Shown: positions 25,676 to 34,712, counted from the first letter of the stretch. The stretch is 64,000 bases of DNA from an uncultured Chloroflexia bacterium (GCA_963821595.1 CAWGEL010000019.1:25566-89565), one strand, 5' to 3'. Translations and numbers: made by a program. Notes: generated from the letters alone by a model not told the origin.

Positions 25676-26626
25676 GTGACGACCGATACCGCCGCTCCGA
25701 GCGCCGCCCCCGGCTCCGGCGAAACCGCCAACGGCTCCGGCTCAACCGCCAGCGGCTCGTCCGACGGGGCGGATCGGGTGGGACTGCCCGGCGCAACGCC
25801 CGCACCCGGCGGCCCCACGTCGTCCCCCTGGTCGCGCTGGCGCGATGGGCGCCGGCCGGGCGGCTGGACTGGCTCCGCCGACGGGGTCGGCCGCCCGGCC
25901 GTGGCCGGCGGACCAGGTGTCCAGGCTGACGCCGCCCGTCCCATCCTCGAGATGCGCGGCGTCGTCAAGACCTACCCCAACGGCCGGGTCGCCCTGCGCG
26001 ACGTCGACCTCGCGCTCCACGAGGGCGAGTTCGTCTTCCTGGTCGGCCCGTCCGGTGCCGGCAAGTCGACGCTCCTCCGCCTCCTCATCCGCGATGAGCT
26101 CGCGACCTCCGGCCACGTCGTCCTCGACGGCAGCGACCTGGCGCGCGTGCCGGGCCGCAAGGTCCCCGAGCTGCGCCGCAAGATCGGGATCGTCTTCCAG
26201 GACTTCAAGCTGCTGCCGACGCGGACCGTCCGGGAGAACGTGGCCTTCGCGCTCGAGGTCACCGGCACGCCGCGGCGCCGGATCGGACCGGCCGTGGACC
26301 GGGCCCTCGCCGTCGTCGGCCTCACCGCCCAGGCCGACCAGCGACCCACGACCCTGTCCGGCGGGGAGCAGCAGCGAACCGCCATCGCGCGGGCGCTGGT
26401 CCACGAGCCTCGCCTCTTCATCGCCGACGAGCCGACGGGCAACCTCGATCCGCTGATCTCGTGGGAGATCATCCAGCTGCTCCTGCACATCAACGATCTC
26501 GGCGTCACTGTCCTCATGGCGACCCACAACGCCGACGTCGTGACCGCCCTCCGCCGGCGCGTCGTCGCCCTGGAGGAAGGCCGCGTCGTCCGGGACGAGG
26601 TCGGCGGCTACCACCGCGAGGACTAG
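25676..26626 (+). CDS. ftsE: Cell division ATP-binding protein FtsE
   Basis: FVFLVGPSGAGKST, VFQDFKLL, LSGGEQQR, ADEPTGNLDP. Start uncertain (GTG 25676 or ATG 25952). Confidence 0.9.
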   Translation: MTTDTAAPSAAPGSGETANGSGSTASGSSDGADRVGLPGATPAPGGPTSSPWSRWRDGRRPGGWTGSADGVGRPAVAGGPGVQADAARPILEMRGVVKTYPNGRVALRDVDLALHEGEFVFLVGPSGAGKSTLLRLLIRDELATSGHVVLDGSDLARVPGRKVPELRRKIGIVFQDFKLLPTRTVRENVAFALEVTGTPRRRIGPAVDRALAVVGLTAQADQRPTTLSGGEQQRTAIARALVHEPRLFIADEPTGNLDPLISWEIIQLLLHINDLGVTVLMATHNADVVTALRRRVVALEEGRVVRDEVGGYHRED

Positions 26627-26629
26627 CGG

Positions 26630-27541
26630 ATGGCCGGCTTCTTCCGCTTCCTCGCCTTCAGCCTCGGCCGGGCCCTCCAGGGCCTTCGGCGGAACCGCCT
26701 GATGTCGCTGGCGGCGAGCGCGACGATGCTGCTGATGCTCCTCCTCCTGGCGGGCTTCTGGCTGCTCCAGGCCGGCCTGGCCGCGACGGTCACCTACGTC
26801 GAGCAGAAGGTCGAGATCGTCGCGGAGCTGCGCGACGTCCCCGGCGCGGAGCCGGCCATGACGGTGGAGGCTGCCGCCCTGGCGCGCGAGGTCGCGGCCC
26901 AGCCGGTCGTCGAGACGGTCACGTACGTCTCCAAGGACCTCGCGCTCGCCCAGTTCCGGGAACGCCTGCGCGCTCGGGGGCAGACGGACCTGACGAGCTA
27001 CCTCGACCGTAACCCGTTGCCGGCGAGCCTCGAGGTGAAGCTGGTCGACCCCCGCGACTTCGGATCGGCGGTCACGCTCCTGAAGAACCGCCCGCTGGTG
27101 GTCGCCGACGTCGTCGAAGTCCAGGACGTGGTCAACCGACTGACCACCGTGACCGACGTCCTGCGCACGGGTGGCGTCGGGATCCTCGTGCTGGTGGGCC
27201 TGGTCGTCCTGTTCATCGTCGTGAACACGATCCGGCTGGCCGTGCTCGCGCGGCGCGAGGAGATCGAGATCATGCGCCTCGTCGGCGCTTCGGGCGCGTT
27301 CATCCGCTGGCCGTTCATCTTCGAAGGCGCCCTGGTCGGCCTCATCGCGGCCCTTGCGGCGATCGGCCTGCTGGTCCTCGTGGCGGACCCTGTCTCGAGC
27401 TTCATGGCCGGGTTCTTCGAGGTCCTGCCGCTCCAGCTGGGGGCGGCCGGGCGCGACCTCGTGGTCCTGATCCTGGGCACCGGCGTCGGCCTCGGCGTCT
27501 TCGGGTCGTGGCTGTCGGTACGGAGCTACCTGGGTCGCTGA
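26630..27541 (+). CDS. ftsX: Cell division permease FtsX
   Basis: RN.LMS.A, NPLPASLEV, NTIRLAVLARREEIEIMRLVGA, FIRWPFIFEG. Confidence 0.93.
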   Translation: MAGFFRFLAFSLGRALQGLRRNRLMSLAASATMLLMLLLLAGFWLLQAGLAATVTYVEQKVEIVAELRDVPGAEPAMTVEAAALAREVAAQPVVETVTYVSKDLALAQFRERLRARGQTDLTSYLDRNPLPASLEVKLVDPRDFGSAVTLLKNRPLVVADVVEVQDVVNRLTTVTDVLRTGGVGILVLVGLVVLFIVVNTIRLAVLARREEIEIMRLVGASGAFIRWPFIFEGALVGLIAALAAIGLLVLVADPVSSFMAGFFEVLPLQLGAAGRDLVVLILGTGVGLGVFGSWLSVRSYLGR

Positions 27542-27665
27542 CGGCTCCTGCCGGGCCCCGATCGGGCCCCGATCCGGCCGGGAGTCTCCGGCGAAGGGTC
27601 GGTGTACGCTGTCCCCCCGCGCCAGCCCGGCGCGACACGCAGGACACGCTCCCGGAGCCGACGCG

Positions 27666-29174
27666 ATGACCGAATACGACCCCAGCCCCTCGGCATCCGG
27701 GCTCCCGCCAGCGACGGCCGCAGACACGGCTGCGGGCGCTGCCCCCGCCGACCTGATCCCCGCGGTCGGCCAGCCGGCCTCGGCAGCAGCCGCGGCACTT
27801 CCGCTCCCGGCTGGGCTGACTCCCGGTGCTGTGCCGCTGACCGCGGACGACGCTCAGGATCCGGCGACACGGCCGGCGGTCGTCGCGCGACGGCGCACGC
27901 TCGCGCTTCCGCTCGCCCTCCTGGCGGCTGCCGTCCTCGGCGGCGCCGCGCTCTTCGTCGCCGGCTTCTCGCTCGGCAGCAGCAGCTTCCTCCACCCCGG
28001 AACTCCGGCCAACGAGGCCGCCATGTTCCAGCCGTTCTGGGACACGTGGGACTCGATCACCAACGCATACGTCGGGCCCTACGACCGGCAGGCGCTCGTC
28101 AATGGCGCGATCGACGGCATGATCAAGGCGCTGGGTGACCCGTTCTCGGGCTACATGAGCCCCCAGGATCTCCAGAAGGCCCGCGAGAGCCTGAACGGCC
28201 AGTTCGAGGGCATCGGCGCCGAGGTGTCGGCGCGTTCGACGAACGGCGGCAGCAGTTGCTCGCCGTTCGGCCCGACCTGCCGGATGACCGTCACCCGGCC
28301 GATTCCCGGCTCCCCGGCCGAGAAGGCTGGCCTCCAGGCGGGCGACGTCATCACGGCGATCGACGGCACGGCCGTCGATGGTCTCACGCTCGACGCCGCC
28401 ATTGCCAAGGTGCGTGGGCCGAAAGGCACGACCGTCACCCTGACGCTGCTGCGGGGCGGCCCCGGGGCGGGCACTCCGGTGGACCTCGCGATCGTGCGCG
28501 ACACGATCTCGCAGCCGCAGGTGTCCACTCGAGAACTGCCCGGTGGCGGAGCCTACATCAAGCTCAGTGCGTTCTCCGACCCGGCCGCCGTGGAATTCTC
28601 GGCAGCCGTCAAGGCGGCTGTCGCTCGGGGCGCGACCTCGATCGTCGTCGACCTCCGGGACAACGGGGGTGGCTACATCACGGCCGCCAGAGCAATCGCC
28701 AGCCAGTTCCTGGCCAGCGGGCCAATCTTCTACGAGGTGGGCGCGAACGGCGACCGCATGCCGACGGACGTCGCGCCCGGCGGGGCGGCCACCGCTTCGT
28801 CGATCCACGTCGCCATCCTGGTCAACGGTGGGACCGCCTCCGCCTCGGAGATCGTGGCCGGGGCGCTGCAGGACACAGGACGCGCGATCCTCGTTGGCGC
28901 ACAGACGTACGGCAAGGGGACGATCCAGGAGTGGATCGACCTGAGCCATGACCAGGGCGGCCGAACGGTGACGAGCGGCGGCTTCCGCCTGACCATCGCC
29001 AAGTGGCTGACGCCGAACGGCCGCTGGATCCACAAGAAGGGGCTCACGCCGAATGTCGTGGTGGCGCCGAATGCGCCGGATCCCGGCCCGACCGGGGATC
29101 CGTACATCGACGCCGCGCTGAAGGCGCTGGGGTCGACCGGAATGCAGCCTGGCGCGCTGGCGAAGGCAGCGTAG
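27666..29174 (+). CDS. ctpA: S41 family C-terminal processing protease with PDZ domain
   Basis: TM anchor, LGDPFS, FEGIGA, DLRDNGGG, TASASEIVAGALQD, TYGKG, WLTPNG. Confidence 0.92.
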   Translation: MTEYDPSPSASGLPPATAADTAAGAAPADLIPAVGQPASAAAAALPLPAGLTPGAVPLTADDAQDPATRPAVVARRRTLALPLALLAAAVLGGAALFVAGFSLGSSSFLHPGTPANEAAMFQPFWDTWDSITNAYVGPYDRQALVNGAIDGMIKALGDPFSGYMSPQDLQKARESLNGQFEGIGAEVSARSTNGGSSCSPFGPTCRMTVTRPIPGSPAEKAGLQAGDVITAIDGTAVDGLTLDAAIAKVRGPKGTTVTLTLLRGGPGAGTPVDLAIVRDTISQPQVSTRELPGGGAYIKLSAFSDPAAVEFSAAVKAAVARGATSIVVDLRDNGGGYITAARAIASQFLASGPIFYEVGANGDRMPTDVAPGGAATASSIHVAILVNGGTASASEIVAGALQDTGRAILVGAQTYGKGTIQEWIDLSHDQGGRTVTSGGFRLTIAKWLTPNGRWIHKKGLTPNVVVAPNAPDPGPTGDPYIDAALKALGSTGMQPGALAKAA

Positions 29175-29258
29175 CGCGTAGCGGCGACCTGATCTTCCCG
29201 GATATCCACCGGGAGGATCCTCGGTGGTTCCAGCGATCGATTCCCGTGCCGCCACGGA

Positions 29259-29287
29259 CTCGCCGAGCGGGATCCACGCTCGGCGAG
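29259..29287. terminator. 11-bp GC-rich hairpin after ctpA
   Basis: CTCGCCGAGCG-GGATCCA-CGCTCGGCGAG; no U tract. Confidence 0.4.
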
Positions 29288-29482
29288 CGACCCTTCCGCC
29301 GCCGCCAGTGCCCACGAACCTGCCCAACATCCCCGGAGCGGATATCTGGCGACTGACGGTGGCGAAGCGCCTCTCACGATGCTTCCCGTGGATGCCCGGC
29401 AACTCGCCGACCGACCGGAGACGCCGGTCCTCATCGCCGGCCGCGCGCCCCGGCGGCCCGCCCGCGCCCTCGACCGGGGCTC

Positions 29483-29511
29483 TTGCCAGAATCGCCGCCC
29501 TCCTGTACGGT
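29483..29511 (+). promoter_or_regulatory. sigma70-type promoter of a small transcript
   Basis: TTGCCA-N17-TACGGT. Confidence 0.6.
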
Positions 29512-29539
29512 TCGGACGATCGAAAGGAGGTGATGTGCA

Positions 29540-29590
29540 GTGACAGAGAGCAGTCCGCGTCGTTGCACCACCTCGGAGGCGGCCGTCTGA
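29540..29590 (+). CDS. 16-aa micropeptide MTESSPRRCTTSEAAV
   Basis: GTG lies 9 nt after GGAGG of a perfect extended SD; TGA at 29588-29590. Confidence 0.45.
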   Translation: MTESSPRRCTTSEAAV

Positions 29591-29625
29591 CGGAAGCCAC
29601 CCGAGAGTGGTGCTCGAAGCGAATT

Positions 29626-29657
29626 GAACGCCGGCCCTGACTGTGGGGCCGGCGTTC
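29626..29657 (+). terminator. Terminator-like hairpin
   Basis: GAACGCCGGCCC-N8-GGGCCGGCGTTC. Confidence 0.65.
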
Positions 29658-29821
29658 GTGCGTCCGAGGGCCGCCTACAATTTCGGCCGGACCGGCGCCT
29701 TTGGCCGAGCCGGATTCAGCCGAGCGGGCGGCGTCAGCGGTCGCAACCGGGGATCTTCCAGGGCGCCGGCCGGACCGGCCAACCCGGCCCACGAATCCTC
29801 CGCGGCGCGAGCGAAGGGAGC

Positions 29822-30295
29822 ATGGCAACCATGGGCGAGGGGACCGTCGCCCTCAATCGAAAAGCACGCCACGAATTCTCCATCGAGGAGACGTTCGAGG
29901 CTGGCCTGGTCCTGACGGGCACCGAGATCAAGTCGATCCGGGCCGGCAAGGTCAACCTGCAGGACGCGTACGCGCGCATCGAGCGGAGCGAGGCGTGGCT
30001 GGTCGGCGCCCACATCGCGCCGTACGCCACCGGTAACCGCTGGAACCACGAGGCGAAGCGGTCGCGCAAGCTGCTCCTCCACCGCGACGAGATCGACGAA
30101 TTGCTGGGCAAGACGAAGTCGAAGGGGCTGGTCCTGGTTCCGCTCCGCCTCTACATCGACGATCGGAGTCACGCCAAGATCGAGCTCGGCCTGGGCCGCG
30201 GCAAGCAGCTCCACGATCGCCGCCGCGACATCGCGGACCGCGAGGCGAAGCGGGAGATCGCGCGCGAGATGGCGGCAGCCGCGCGGGGGCGCTAG
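29822..30295 (+). CDS. smpB: SsrA-binding protein SmpB
   Basis: NRKARHEF, EAGLVLTGTEIKSIR, RKLLLHR, GKQLHDRR; AAGGGAG RBS. Confidence 0.96.
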   Translation: MATMGEGTVALNRKARHEFSIEETFEAGLVLTGTEIKSIRAGKVNLQDAYARIERSEAWLVGAHIAPYATGNRWNHEAKRSRKLLLHRDEIDELLGKTKSKGLVLVPLRLYIDDRSHAKIELGLGRGKQLHDRRRDIADREAKREIAREMAAAARGR

Positions 30296-30361
30296 TCAGG
30301 CCTTTGCCGGGCTCCGCACGGCCGAGCGGTAGTCAGCCTTTGCCGGGCTCCGCACGGCCGA
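30293..30361. repeat. Near-tandem 32/33-bp direct duplication at the smpB/methyltransferase junction
   Basis: TAGTCAG(G)CCTTTGCCGGGCTCCGCACGGCCGA at 30293-30325 and 30330-30361. Confidence 0.9.
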
Positions 30362-31280
30362 CAGGCACCACGCCTTCAAGGCGCCGGGTCGTCGCGGCAA
30401 GGTAGGCGGGATCGATCTCGAAGCCGACGAAGCGCCGGCCGAGCTCGATCGCGGCGACCCCGGTCGAGCCGACGCCCATGAACGGGTCGAGCACCAGGTC
30501 GCCGGGCCTCGACGCCAGCTCCAGGAGGCGTCGCAGCACGGCCACCGGCTTCTGCGTGGGGTGCTTCGGGTCGCGCACCCGTTCGGCGCCCATGCAGATC
30601 GGCGATTCGATGAAGTTGTGCATGTCGCGCTGGCGCCCGAAGTTCCAGGTATGCCCGCGGTTCCACGCGCAGGCGATCAGTTCCACGGAGTTCAGGAAGC
30701 CCGCGCGGCGGAGCTTGGGCGGTGGGTTCGTCTTGTGCCAGGCGATGAACTGGAACGTGTCGAAGGCCGGGTCGAAGGCCGCGTGCCAGCGGCCCAGCAG
30801 GTTGTAGCTCGTGAACGCGAAGACGTTGCCCGTGGGTGCGAGCACGCGCCGGAACTCGTCGAGCCACTCGGCGGGCTCGAACGTGGCCTGGTCCCACGCC
30901 GCCACGTCGTTGTTGAAGTCGGCCCGCCAGTCCAGGCGGATGTTGCCGGTCGAGTAGCCGGCGAGGTTGTACGGCGGATCGGTGAGGATGAAGTCGACCG
31001 AATGGTCCGGGATGCCGCGGAGCAGCTCGCGGGCATCGCCCATTCGGACCCTCCATTCGGACCCTTCTGCCGTGATGCGCGTCGGTGCATCAGGCGGGGC
31101 GTCGGGCGCGGGGGGTCCTCCCGTGATGCGTATCGGTGCATCAGGCGGGGCGTCGGGCGCGGGGGGTGCCGGGGTGATGTGCGGAGGCGCATCAGGCGAC
31201 GGGTGTCCTTCTCCGGGCACGAACCGCGCCGGCGTCCCCGCCCGCGGCGCCCCTGCCCGCGGCGCGCGCGGAAGGCTCAT
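30333..31280 (-). CDS. Orphan beta-class N6A/N4C DNA methyltransferase
   Basis: TDPPY precedes HPTQKP and VLDPFMGVGSTG (beta order); Pro-rich repeated N-terminus; ATGA overlap with the upstream GNAT. Confidence 0.92.
   Translation of the reverse strand: MSLPRAPRAGAPRAGTPARFVPGEGHPSPDAPPHITPAPPAPDAPPDAPIRITGGPPAPDAPPDAPTRITAEGSEWRVRMGDARELLRGIPDHSVDFILTDPPYNLAGYSTGNIRLDWRADFNNDVAAWDQATFEPAEWLDEFRRVLAPTGNVFAFTSYNLLGRWHAAFDPAFDTFQFIAWHKTNPPPKLRRAGFLNSVELIACAWNRGHTWNFGRQRDMHNFIESPICMGAERVRDPKHPTQKPVAVLRRLLELASRPGDLVLDPFMGVGSTGVAAIELGRRFVGFEIDPAYLAATTRRLEGVVPVGRAEPGKG
31071..31203. repeat. 51-bp coding tandem repeat (~2.6 copies)
   Basis: Encodes PPAPDAPPDAPxRIT units in the methyltransferase N-terminus. 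Confidence 0.85.
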
Positions 31281-31783
31281 CGCTGGTTCTCGGGGATGAG
31301 GCGCTCGACGATCACGACGTCGAGCCAGCGGCCGTCGAGCTGGCCGTGTCGTTCGTATGTGCCGACCTCGCGGAAGCCGACCCTCCGCATCAGGCGAAGG
31401 CTGGCCTGGTTCGCGGCGAACACACGTGAGACGAGCTTCCAGAAGCCGGCGTCGCGCGCCGCGGCCACCAGCGCCTCCATCGCGATCCGGCCCACCCCGC
31501 GTCCGCGAGCGTCCGCGGCCACGTAGACGCCGAACTCGGCGATCCCCGCGTAGCACTCGCGCGGCCGATAGGTCGACGTCGAGGCGAAGGCGATCACCCG
31601 CCCATCTTCCTCGACGACCACGATCGGGTGGCGCCCGTCGAACCAGCCGCCAACGTCCTCGGCCGTGCGCAGGCGGGTCTCGAAGGTCGCCTGCCGTCCT
31701 TCGATCCCTTCGTTGTAGATGGTCGCGATCGCCGCGGCATCGTCGGCTGTCGCCGGCCGCGTCCGGAATCCAGGGTTGGTCAT
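31277..31783 (-). CDS. GNAT acetyltransferase, ArsN1/phosphinothricin acetyltransferase (YncA) type
   Basis: IYNEGIEGRQATFET, YRPRECYAGIAEFGVYV, RGRGVG, WKLVSRVF, WLDVVIVERL. Confidence 0.88.
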   Translation of the reverse strand: MTNPGFRTRPATADDAAAIATIYNEGIEGRQATFETRLRTAEDVGGWFDGRHPIVVVEEDGRVIAFASTSTYRPRECYAGIAEFGVYVAADARGRGVGRIAMEALVAAARDAGFWKLVSRVFAANQASLRLMRRVGFREVGTYERHGQLDGRWLDVVIVERLIPENQR

Positions 31784-31926
31784 CGGCGCCGGCCGAACGT
31801 CGTCGAGGGCATGCCGGGATGGTAGCGGTGCACGCGACGCTGGGCGTGAGCGCCGGGGAGATCGACTGGAAGAGCACCGGGCCGCGGCGGCCGTGGCGAC
31901 GAACCCCGCGCGCGAGCCCGGAGCGC

Positions 31927-32439
31927 CTAGCTGCCAGCGAGGTGGAGCACGTACCGTGGCGCCGCTGTCGTCGAGCCGCTGGCAGGCTCCACGGCGAACG
32001 TGGCGGCCTGCCGCGATGCCTGGAGCGAACCGGAGCTGCCCAGGTCGAACCAGACCATGGGCTGGCCCGTGTCGAACCTGACCCAGGAGACCAGGCGGCC
32101 ATGGTCGGCGAACGCGACCACGAAGGCCTGGTTGCTGGAGCCGTCGCCGAACTTCGCCGCGCCCCCGAAGACCTGCGGGCCCTTGACGGCGGCCGTCCGC
32201 CCGTCCCAGACGTAGGCCGTGTCCCAGGTCGCGGTCACGATATCCGCAAGGCGAACGGTTCCGCCGGGGCCGGCCTGGCCGGCAGCTCGCACGATGCCGG
32301 TCTGGATCTCGGCCTGCGAATGCGGCGTCGAGTCGTACAGCATGGCCAGCACCGGCCCGAACGTGAGCACGGCGAGCAATGCGCCGGCAAGCGCCAGCGC
32401 AGCGACGGCGGCCGCGCCAAGCATCGCCCGCTTCGACAT
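31927..32439 (-). CDS. Hypothetical secreted or membrane-anchored protein
   Basis: N-terminal hydrophobic segment; TACGCT -10 box 7 nt upstream of ATG. Confidence 0.6.
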   Translation of the reverse strand: MSKRAMLGAAAVAALALAGALLAVLTFGPVLAMLYDSTPHSQAEIQTGIVRAAGQAGPGGTVRLADIVTATWDTAYVWDGRTAAVKGPQVFGGAAKFGDGSSNQAFVVAFADHGRLVSWVRFDTGQPMVWFDLGSSGSLQASRQAATFAVEPASGSTTAAPRYVLHLAGS

Positions 32440-32581
32440 CCGTTCGAGCGTATCGGCGCCCGGGGCGCGGGTCCATGTGCCGTTGGGAATACGGCAGCCG
32501 GATCTTCCGAGCGAGAGTGCCGCCGCGTGCCGCCGCGTGCCGCCGCGCGTCGGCGCGCCGGGGGAGCGCGCGGCGCTGGAC

Positions 32582-33958
32582 TCAGCTCGCCAGCGTCATC
32601 GCCCGGTCCGGGCGAAGCAGGAAGGGCGGGAGGTGGCCGGCCAGGTTGGAGAGCGGCAGCACGTCCGGATGCAGCTCGATCCCCAGGACGTTCGCCATGA
32701 ACGCCCGGCGGGCTTCGACCCGCCGCCAGGCCTCCGGGTGGGCCGCGGCGAACGCCGCCCGAAGGGAAGCGTCGGCGAGAGCGATGCCGTCCTCGATGTT
32801 CGTCGTGAAGTGCGGCGTACCCGTCGCCGGGATGATGTCGACCTGGAAAGCCATCCCCGAGCGCAGCTCGATCGTCGAGCCGGCGGCGATCGGCGAGTTC
32901 ACCCACTCGTCAAGCTGGATCTGGTGGCCCGGGTTCAGGAAGATGCCGAAGAACGGATCGCCGAGCCGTCGATCGATGATCTCGTGCAGGGCGCCGCCGA
33001 CCTGGCCCACGTGGAGGGCCTCGTACCACGCCGCCACCGCTTCGAAATACGGCGCCACCAGGCGCTCGACGTAGTCCCCGATAGCGTCCGGGAGCTCGCC
33101 GGCATCCTCCGCGACGAAACCGGCCCGGCACGTGAGGCCGCCCCAGACGCCGTACGCAACCGTGAACGGATCACCGCGCTCGATGGGCCGGTCGCTCGGG
33201 CTGAGCAGCCCGAAACGCGCGCGCGGCCCGGCCGTCAGCATCGCGTGGCACGAGAGCGGCATGCCGTTCCAGCCGAGCAAGGCCACCGCCTCGCGCTCGC
33301 GCATCCCGGGCCGCAGGCCCCACAGCACGCGGCGCACGCCGTCCGAGACGTGACCGGCGGCGTGCTCGAGGGCAGCCAGCTGCTCGACCTCGTTGACCAC
33401 TCGCAGGCCGTCGGCGGCGTCGATCAGCAGGCCCGTGGCGTTGACGACGGCACCGGTCGAGCCGACCAGCCGGCGCAGCTCGTCGACCAGGTACGACGGC
33501 ACGTCCGTCTGTTCGGGTCGGGCGTACGTCTTCCAGCCGATCACGCCGACGCGGCTGCCGGGCGCCACGCCCTCCCCGGCCAGGATCGCCGCCAGCGGCC
33601 GGGAGCGGTCACGCGGCTGGCCCGGCAGGCTGAAGTCCTGGAAGCGCTCGGCACGCATCGGCAGGGGAGCGGCGGCCGCAACACCGAGGCATTCGTTGCC
33701 GGCCAGGATCGCCGGATCACCGCTCGGCCCGACGACCAGGAGGGCCTCCTCGAAGCGGGGGTCGAAGCCGGTCAAGTACGACAGGTTGGCGCTGTGCTCG
33801 CGATCGGCGTAGACGACCACGCGGTCGAACCCGCTCGCGTCCGCACGCTCGCGAAGCCGAGACATGCGCGAGACGTAGAGCGAGGCCGGCAGCTCTGGCC
33901 GCTCCTCGTCCGCCCCGAAGTCCGGAAGCTCGATCGTCCCCAGCCGAGCCCTGCGCAT
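32582..33958 (-). CDS. M24/Xaa-Pro aminopeptidase-like protein
   Basis: YADREH.ANL.YLTGFDPRFEEA, LNPGHQIQLDEW, QVDIIP, NIEDG. Confidence 0.78.
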   Translation of the reverse strand: MRRARLGTIELPDFGADEERPELPASLYVSRMSRLRERADASGFDRVVVYADREHSANLSYLTGFDPRFEEALLVVGPSGDPAILAGNECLGVAAAAPLPMRAERFQDFSLPGQPRDRSRPLAAILAGEGVAPGSRVGVIGWKTYARPEQTDVPSYLVDELRRLVGSTGAVVNATGLLIDAADGLRVVNEVEQLAALEHAAGHVSDGVRRVLWGLRPGMREREAVALLGWNGMPLSCHAMLTAGPRARFGLLSPSDRPIERGDPFTVAYGVWGGLTCRAGFVAEDAGELPDAIGDYVERLVAPYFEAVAAWYEALHVGQVGGALHEIIDRRLGDPFFGIFLNPGHQIQLDEWVNSPIAAGSTIELRSGMAFQVDIIPATGTPHFTTNIEDGIALADASLRAAFAAAHPEAWRRVEARRAFMANVLGIELHPDVLPLSNLAGHLPPFLLRPDRAMTLAS

Positions 33959-34048
33959 GGCCAACGCTCACCTGCTCGCGCGGGGCTCAGTGCCTGAACT
34001 GGCGAGCCCGCGGCGGTCACAGCGTAGCCTGCCGAAGGGGCCCGCGGG

Positions 34049-34141
34049 CGGGCGGCTGCGGCCGGGCGGCTGCGGCCGGGCGGCTGCGGCCGGGCGGCTG
34101 CGGCCGGGTCTCTGAGCCCGCGGCCGGGCGGCTGCGGCCGG
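34049..34141. repeat. 14-bp tandem repeat (4 contiguous copies plus 1)
   Basis: (CGGGCGGCTGCGGC)n upstream of the ssrA promoter region. Confidence 0.9.
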
Positions 34142-34236
34142 CCCTTGTTCGGCCGTCGACTACAATGGACCAAGCCGGCCGTGGGCCGGCTCGAATGGGC
34201 GCTTCGGGCGATTTGCCGAGCGCCGGTTCGATCGGT

Positions 34237-34609
34237 GGGGATGCGTGGTCTCGACGGGGCCCTGCAGCCCGGGAACGCGAGCCGAGGATGCCGCTCTGGC
34301 CTCGTTAAAAGGCGGCAAAACGAAGTACCTGCCAACAAGCAGCCTGCTCTCGCCCTCGCCGCTTAGGCGGTAAGGTGAGCGTGGAAGCGGCCTCCTCCCC
34401 GTGGGCCGTGGAAGCGTCATTCAGCGGGGATGCAGCCCCGGCAAGCGCCGCGTAGCCGGGAGCGAAGCCCGATCTAGGGACACGCAGCTGGGCTGACAGC
34501 AACCCTGCCGATGGGGGTGCGCCAGCCGAGATCAATCATCGGACACGCTCGTAGTGGTTCCGGGTCACGGGTTTCGGACGGGGAGTTCGACTCTCCCCCA
34601 TCTCCACCA
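34237..34609 (+). ncRNA. ssrA: tmRNA, tag peptide (A)ANKQPALALAA
   Basis: 5' GGGGATG pairs with 3' CATCTCC-ACCA (G3.U); TCGAC near the 5' end; TTCGACT T-loop; tag frame 34331-34366. Confidence 0.96.
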
Positions 34610-34712
34610 CCTGCTTTGGTCCGGGCTGCGCTGTGGCTGGCTGGCGGCAGGCTGCTCGCACAACAACCGCGATTGCCACTGCCATGCGGGCGCGCTCCGG
34701 TAGCATCCCGGC

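Larger units (their letters stand above)
29518..29662 (+). ncRNA. Candidate structured small RNA or micropeptide mRNA
   Basis: Promoter upstream, AAAGGAGGTGAT SD, SD-sequestering hairpin 29527-29574, terminal 12-bp hairpin 29626-29657. Ends are estimated. Confidence 0.55.

Noticed and set aside
29224-29640. 138-aa ORF, or its ATG-29533 sub-ORF, as the product of the ctpA-smpB gap
   Set aside because: Low-complexity composition; ATG 29533 is only 2 nt from GGAGG; the frame runs into the terminal hairpin. GTG 29540 fits the SD better.
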